Source: Asterias rubens
Taxonomy: Eukaryota
Assembly (NCBI RefSeq): GCF_902459465.1
Contig: NC_047063.1
Coordinates: 22,196,001 to 22,260,000, forward strand
DNA length: 64,000 nucleotides
Direction of reading: 5' to 3'
Shown here one piece after another: positions 48,101-64,000 of this stretch (position 1 is its first letter; each line of letters begins with the position of its first letter). The notes under the pieces are model-generated. The model saw only the letters and a list, made by a program, of their open reading frames with translations, was not told the DNA's origin and searched no databases. Both the position numbers and the translations under genes were made by a program.

Positions 48101-51100
48101 GAATGCTAGTAATTTTACTATGCCTTCTTGCAGTAACACCTGCTGCGTTACCAAAGACACGCGCACGCAGTGATGTTTTTACTCAGCTTTTTCGTTCCAT
48201 CCGAAAAGTACCATTGCACGCTGCCAGCGTGCAATGGTACTTTTCGGATGGAACGAAAAAGCACGGTGAGTGACTCAGCGTGCAATGGTACTTTTATTTG
48301 CTATCACGTGACGGACAATCCTCCAATCAAATGGCAAGGATCTGCTTGGGTGTTATATAATAGACCATAAACCATGCCCTATAAACCCCAGCATCAGTGT
48401 TTAAAGGCAGTGGGCACTATTGGTAATTACTCAAAATATTTATTAGCATAAAACCTTACTTGGTAACGAGTAATGTGGAGAGGTTGGTAATATAAAACAT
48501 TGTGAAAAACGGCTCCATCTGAAGTGCCATAGTTTTCCATGATTTTGATTTCGAGACCTCAGATTTAGAACTTGAGGTCTCGAAATCAACCATCTAAACG
48601 CACACAACTTCGTGTGACAAGGGTGTTTTTTTCTTTCATTATTATCTCGCAAGTACGATGACCGATTGAGCTCAAATTTTCACAGGTTTGTTATTTTATG
48701 TATATTTTGAGATACACCAACTGTTAAGGCTAGTCTTTGACAATTACAAATAGTGTCCACTGCCTTTAATCACAAATCGATGTTAGTGTAAAAAAACAAG
48801 ATATAAATCTTATTAGTGTCAATGAAATGAGGAAGTTAATTCAGTTAATTCAATTACATGTAATATGGTATTGAAAAACAACAAAATGAACACTGAGCAC
48901 CACTTCTTGAGTCCTAACTCTGACACTGAACACCACTTCTTGAGTCCTTACTGTGAGTCACTGACACTGAACGCCACTTCTTTAAGTCCTAACTTTGACA
49001 CTGAAAACTTCTTCTTGAGTTCTAACTCTGACACTGAACACCACTTCTTGAATCCTAACTCTGACAATGAGCACCATTTCTTGAGTCCTAACTCTGAACC
49101 TGAACACCACTTCTTGAGTCCTACACTACATGTTTGTAACTCTGAGTCTGAACACAACTTCTTGAGTCTTAACTCAGACACTGATCACCACTTCTTGAGT
49201 CCTAACTCTGACTCTGAACACCACTTCTTGAATCCTAACTCTGACACTGAACACCTCTTCTTTAAGTCCTAACTCTGACAATGAAAACTTCTTCTTGAGT
49301 CCTTAGTCTGACAATGAGCACCACTTCTTGAGTCCTAGTCTGACACTGAACACCACTTCTTGAGTCCTAGTCTGACACCGACCACCACTTCTTGAGTCCT
49401 AGTCTGACACTGAACACCACTTCTTGAGTCCTAGTCTGACACCGACCACCACTTCTTGAGTCCTAGTCTGACACTGAACACCACTTCTTGAGTCCTAGTC
49501 TGACACCGACCACCACTTCTTGAGTCCTAGTCTGACACTGAACACCACTTCTTGAGTCTTACATTACATGTTTACTTTGTAACTCTGAGTTTGAACACCA
49601 CTTCTAGAGTCCTGACTCTGACACTGAACACCACTTCTTGAGTCCTAGTCTGACACTGATCACCACTTCTTGAGTCCTAGTCTGACACTGAACACCACTT
49701 CTTGAGTCCTACATTACATGTTTACTTTGTAACTCTGAGTTTGAACACCACTTCTAGAGTCCTGACTCTGACACTGAACACCACTTCTTGAGTCCTAGTC
49801 TGACACTGATCACCACTTCTTGAGTCCTAGTCTGACACTGAACACCACTTCTTGAGTCCTAGTCTGACACCGACCACCACTTCTTGAGTCCTAGTCTGAC
49901 ACTGAACACCACTTCTTGAGTCCTACATTACATGTTTACTTTGTAACTCTGAGTTTGAACACCACTTCTAGAGGCCTGACTCTGACACTGAACACCACTT
50001 CTTGAGTCCTAGTCTGACACTGATCACCACTTCTTGAGTCCTAGTCTGACACCGACCACCACTTCTTGAGTCCTAGTCTGACACTGAACACCACTTCTTG
50101 AGTCCTACATTACATGTTTACTTTGTAACTCTGAGTTTGAACACCACTTCTAGAGTCCTGACTCTGACACTGAACACCACTTCTTGAGTCCCAACTCAGA
50201 CACTGATCACCACTTCTTGAGTCCTAACTCCGACACTGAACACCACTTCTTGAGTCCCAACTCAGATACTGATCACCACTTCTTGAGTCCTAACTCTGAC
50301 ACTGAAAACCACTTCTAGAATCCCAACTCAAACACTGAACACCCCCTTCTTTAGTCAATACATTACATGTTTGTAACTCTGACACACGGAACACCACTTC
50401 TAGAATCCCAACTCAGACACTGATCACCACTTCTTGAGTCCTAACTCTGACACTGAACACCACTTCTTGAGTGTTAACTATGACACTAAATAGTACACCA
50501 CTTCTGGCCATGCCAGGACACTGGGAATTAATGAGAATTACAATGAGTAAAATGAACATGTGAATCCAAATATTGAAATAAAAGTGGTGCTCTACAGCTA
50601 CTTTGTTAATGTAATCTTACCAAATAGTCCATGACCTCCGCTCATCTTTGGGTTCTCGTAGTCGTTTCACTGCAGAAAAGAAAAGTGAAATAATACAAGA
50701 ATCACCGCGAGTTCAAATTCAAGAGGTCAAAAGAGGTTGCTCATTGGCTGATCCTGCCCGCCCCGCATACCTGCACTTTTACATTATTTCATCATTGTTT
50801 TACCTCCAAGTCTCAAGATAGCACTGTAATGTAATGACGCCAAGCATTTATATTTAAGTTCGGTGCAAATGCAGGCTAATCCCACCCCCCTCTCAAGTTA
50901 TTGTATGCTATTGACCTTATTGCTAGTTATTTGTTTCTGAAACAGCCGAAGGCACTGTGGGAAGGAAAAGGGATACAAAGTGCCCCTTTTTCCTTCCCAC
51001 AAATGCCTTGCATCCATCGTCCAAACCAAGAAGCATCATCCATCATTATGGCACTATCAGTATCACTCAGTCCTGCCACAAAATTAAACAAAATCTTGTT

Positions 51101-52038
51101 GAAAAACACATTGTGTTCCTTTCTAAATGTGGAAGGAAAGATGATTTGTAAATCGCAGTGAGGGCCTTCCTTCCTCTACTCTAGATGGTCGAAGTCACAA
51201 TAATTGTTGTTTTATAATCTGTAATGATTTTTGGCTGGGGTTGAACAAAGAATTGACTAGAGTGCCGACACGTTTATAATCCGGATGTTGTTGGTTCGAA
51301 TCCCACTCAAGTCAATTCTTTGTTCAACCCCAAAAATCGTTTGAAAATTTACCCAGTCAGTTTCCCTTGTGTTTGTGGTTAACATTGATAATCTGTTCAA
51401 ATGGCAATACAAACAAATGATGATCAGTGTCAATGTTTGTAGGCTCCCCCCACCATCCAGTTGAGTTGAGTGAGCCCACCAGCAAATTATGATTTAAATT
51501 AATTTTTTAACACAATAAGTTTATATTTTTATTGAATACATACTTGAAAATGAAAGTTAATTATTATGCCCTAAATCATATTCAATTATTATAGTATTCA
51601 TAATCATAACTAACTGTCCTGAGTGTGTACCAACCTAAACAAGATTATTTTAAATTCAATTTTCATAAATTATTGATAATAAACAGATAAAAATATGAAT
51701 AATTTTAAATAAATAATAATATAAATGATACAGTAAATTGAAAGACAAGTGAAGTGGAAATGTAAGACAATTTTTATTTTATTTTCATGCTTACAAATTA
51801 AACTGCTGAATGCCAGCACTGCTAAAACTGCCTGTGTGATGATTCCAAACCTATCGGTCAGCGCTCCCTGACTGCAATGTTGCGGCGGGTCAGAGGCGTT
51901 GATTTTACCGGTCATGTTGTCAGCAATAACACCCTTCCCCGCCCGGTCCACAATGACTGCACCATCGACAATGTAGGGGACAAAATCGGCGAGGAATGCC
52001 AAGGAAACTGCACTCGAAAACACTCTAACAGCTGGCAT
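44325..52038 (-). CDS. STIMATE: STIM-activating enhancer / TMEM110, 314 aa multi-pass ER membrane protein
   Basis: Join (minus): 52038-51795, 50669-50621, 47754-47656, 46525-46291, 45626-45543, 44558-44325. GT-AG, 945 nt. Motifs [93 protein letters not shown]. Start could alternatively be the ATG at 51915. Confidence 0.92.
47859..48365. mobile_element. Two adjacent Crypton-like palindromic elements
   Basis: Stem 47859-48014 with GAGGCGGAGCCGAG loop plus terminus; a second element at ~48100-48365 carries the same terminus. Confidence 0.55.
48401..48769 (+). mobile_element. K1 MITE, complete copy (STIMATE intron 2)
   Basis: TTAA at both ends, TIRs. Confidence 0.85.
48880..50490. repeat. 32/33-bp minisatellite with higher-order structure in STIMATE intron 2
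   Basis: Unit (A)CTCTGACACTGAACACCACTTCTTGAGTCCTA; 33-bp units on the flanks, 32-bp units centrally. A recurring interruption ACATTACATGTTTACTTTGTAAC occurs at 49561, 49711, 49925 and 50107. Confidence 0.96.
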
Positions 52039-53607
52039 GGTTGAACGTAAAATTGTCCCTTTTTTTAATGTATCCTGAGAGGACTACCTAATCGATAATC
52101 ACGTTACAAACGGAACAAAATGTCATCATTCATATTAGTTTTTTTATTACTACTAGAAATTGGCTCCAGCATTTATTATAGTTCCGCAATCCACACACCG
52201 CCGGTTCGTCGTGTGTACACACGTAACACACCCATGTGTCCCGATCCCCCCTTTACGTTTGTTGTGTGACTGCTGTGTGTGTTTGTGACGCGTGTGCGAC
52301 AAGAACGTCGAAAAGTCCTATTCTGCAACGTTGGACACGGATGATAGACTACTCGACTACAAACTCAGCTCATCAATAAATGGTTGACTGACTCGACCAC
52401 AGGTTTACAAAGGTGCATACAACTCGACTTGTAGGGCTATAAGCATGTCAGGCGAGTTGGCCAATTACATTGTCGAGTTGTTTCAACGGACGAGCTGTCT
52501 CAATCGTTGAGTTGTCTTGAGTCGAATTCGTCATAGTTTAATATTGAGGGTCGTCCTAGACACCAATAACCTTTTTCATAACTTCATAACTCCATTATTA
52601 TTCTAAACAAGCTTTACAAATCTTCAAATCCAAACGGTTATACTTCGTTATGATTTATGTTTTTTAATACAGTTTAATTTGAAAAACAGTAATTACTTTA
52701 TACAATTTTTCTTCCATAAATACAACTAGAATCTGTTTTTTCCCCCCCACACCCACAGCCCACCCACGCCCCACCCATCTTATAGTCATATGCAAATTAA
52801 GTGTATATCAATTCCTCCATTTGCTAATATCTTTTTCTTGTAGAACTCGAATTATAAAACGTTGTCTAAACATGTACAATATATCATATGCTGCCTATTT
52901 TGTTAAAACTGATAGAGCAATTATTAGTGGGTGGGTGGCCGTGGGGCCGGGGGAGGGTGGGGGGGGGGGGTGTTTGTCGGTGATTTGGTTTTTGGTTCAT
53001 CTCACAGATATTATTTTTCAAATTACAACAGTAGTAGAGATTTGTTTCCCCTTGTATAATTGTTTATGTCCATTATTTACAGTAATATATTTGCATGAGT
53101 GTAATTCGCCTTATTGTTGACCTTTTAAAATTACATTTCAGCCGTTCGGTTTGGTTGCAACGTGATTTTTAATAAGCCTTTGTGAATATATTATCATATA
53201 GTGCCACACTTTTACCAACTGCGGGGTTCGTCCACTCTGACGACACGAGCGGTCGCTAACAATTAAACACACAAAACCCGCTCTCCCCGATCCGTTTCTC
53301 ACTTGCACTCTATGCGTGCACTGTTCCCGCCTGTTTTGATAGCGCGCCAACAAACCACCGTGGCTCATCAATTATCGTCATCAGATTATTTCAAAATTGC
53401 ATGATAAGTCTGCAAAATATTTCATAAAACTTTTAAACAACAATGCTTTAATGATTCTAGTTTAAAACATTTTGTTTATATATGGGAACAGATTATTTGA
53501 ATAAAAATGTTGTTGCGCAAAGTTAGTGAACGAGGTAAATTTATGTTATTTACTACATCCGGGCATTTTTGTTGGCGTTAGCGGCTGCATTGTGGGTAAG
53601 GGACAAG

Positions 53608-62809
<9,202 letters not shown>

Positions 62810-64000
62810 GTAAGGTTTGCTCCATCCCTCTAAGCTAAAGGAAAAACAAAAACAATAGGCATGGCATACATTCACAAACAAATTTATCCCAAAATGAAAT
62901 GTGGAATTTTTACTATGTTGATAAGTGTACTGGGTACGCCCCTGAAGTTTTGCAATTTTACTATTTGGAAAGTCCTGTAAGGTTCTTGTATTTTCATTTA
63001 CATAGGTTGCTATATATTTTTCTCACTTGTTCTTTTTTAAAAATTTTGATATTTTTAATTTTTTTTCATAATGCACTCGTGTACATTTAAAGGAATGGGA
63101 GGCAATAGAAATTAATAAATTATTATTATAGTATGTTCTTATTTGATGGCATGATGATAACTGTTTTTTAATAACAAATATATTTTTTATAAAACTCTGT
63201 ATTTTAAACTTCATTCAGCCTTTGGCTGCGGAGATTGAATGTTTTTAATAAACCAATAAATAAAACTAAAAATTAAAAGTCATGAAAACCTATGCCTGAC
63301 CCCTGACAAGTTAAGGCTAAAATATGACGATAACAAATAACTCTTTGGAACAGCCTCCCACTTTGACTCGGACAAGCAGATACTTGTTCTCGATTTAAAA
63401 CACATTTCAAAACCTATCTATTTCGGAAATAATAGCTTTAAGCCTTTGGTTGTCTTTGTTAAAAGCAGAGTTCTGTTTTTTTTTGCACCAGGAGTGTGAT
63501 CGTCGACAGACATGGGTTACTAAAAATGTTCAATATTATTATTGTTATGTGAAAGGTTTACGTTTGAACCAAGTTTGACATTGTTCGTTAGAATCGATCA
63601 GAAACAACTTGGATACCTGCCAAAATAGAGATCGCTCAAGCACCATACGTACACACAACGGAATATTTGTAAAGGCACCTTTACATCAAGATCGAAGCGC
63701 TGAAAAGAGCAAAACCAATTGAACCATAACTACATTACATTACATCTGACACTAATGAGCTTTAAGAGATTTTTTTAACAATTGCGCCATCGGCATTCAA
63801 GCTTTCTCCTGAAGATGTGCAAAGTACACTATTTGAAGAAAGCTCTTCTGTAGAGCCAACACTCCCTCAAAAGAGATTATTACATGGCTGTACCCGCAAG
63901 TTTACTTTTGTTTATAGTTTACACTTGACATTGTTCTTTGTGTTTTGACTTGTCCACTCAGCCTACGAGTGGGGGGTCAGCCCTGAGTGGCATCGTCGCT

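Noticed and set aside
48865-49272. 135-aa ORF of His-His 11-mer repeats (NSDTEHHFLSP)
   Set aside because: By-product of the 33-bp minisatellite phase, antisense within a STIMATE intron; the frame is lost where units become 32 bp.

Overview
AT-rich, intron-rich animal genomic DNA. It is probably an invertebrate deuterostome such as a sea star; that taxon call is an unverified impression from gene sequences and repeat families. By reading GT-AG boundaries and checking codon phase by hand I could assemble six spliced protein-coding genes: (1) SUV39H-type H3K9 methyltransferase (-, 6 exons, 392 aa); (2) an ADP-ribosylglycohydrolase-family gene (-, 8 exons, 492 aa); (3) an intron-containing MAGE/NSE3 gene (-, 10 exons, 307 aa); (4) NDUFAF3 (+, 5 exons, 170 aa), head-to-head with NSE3; (5) STIMATE/TMEM110 (-, 6 exons, 314 aa); (6) the first 9 exons of HCFC1 (+), which runs off the right edge. 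Introns and intergenic DNA are full of non-autonomous TIR elements (TTAA/Kolobok-like, 8-bp-TSD Merlin-like, CCGG/Ginger1-like, Crypton-like palindromes), tRNA-derived SINEs, RTE LINE fragments and two minisatellites. The most unusual structure is a 7-copy tandem repeat in NSE3 that multiplies the 3' splice site plus the first ~83 nt of a coding exon. Its poly-G/C linker lengths decide which extra acceptors stay in frame. No intact tRNA, rRNA, transposase or CRISPR array was found. All exon models are manual and need RNA-seq confirmation.
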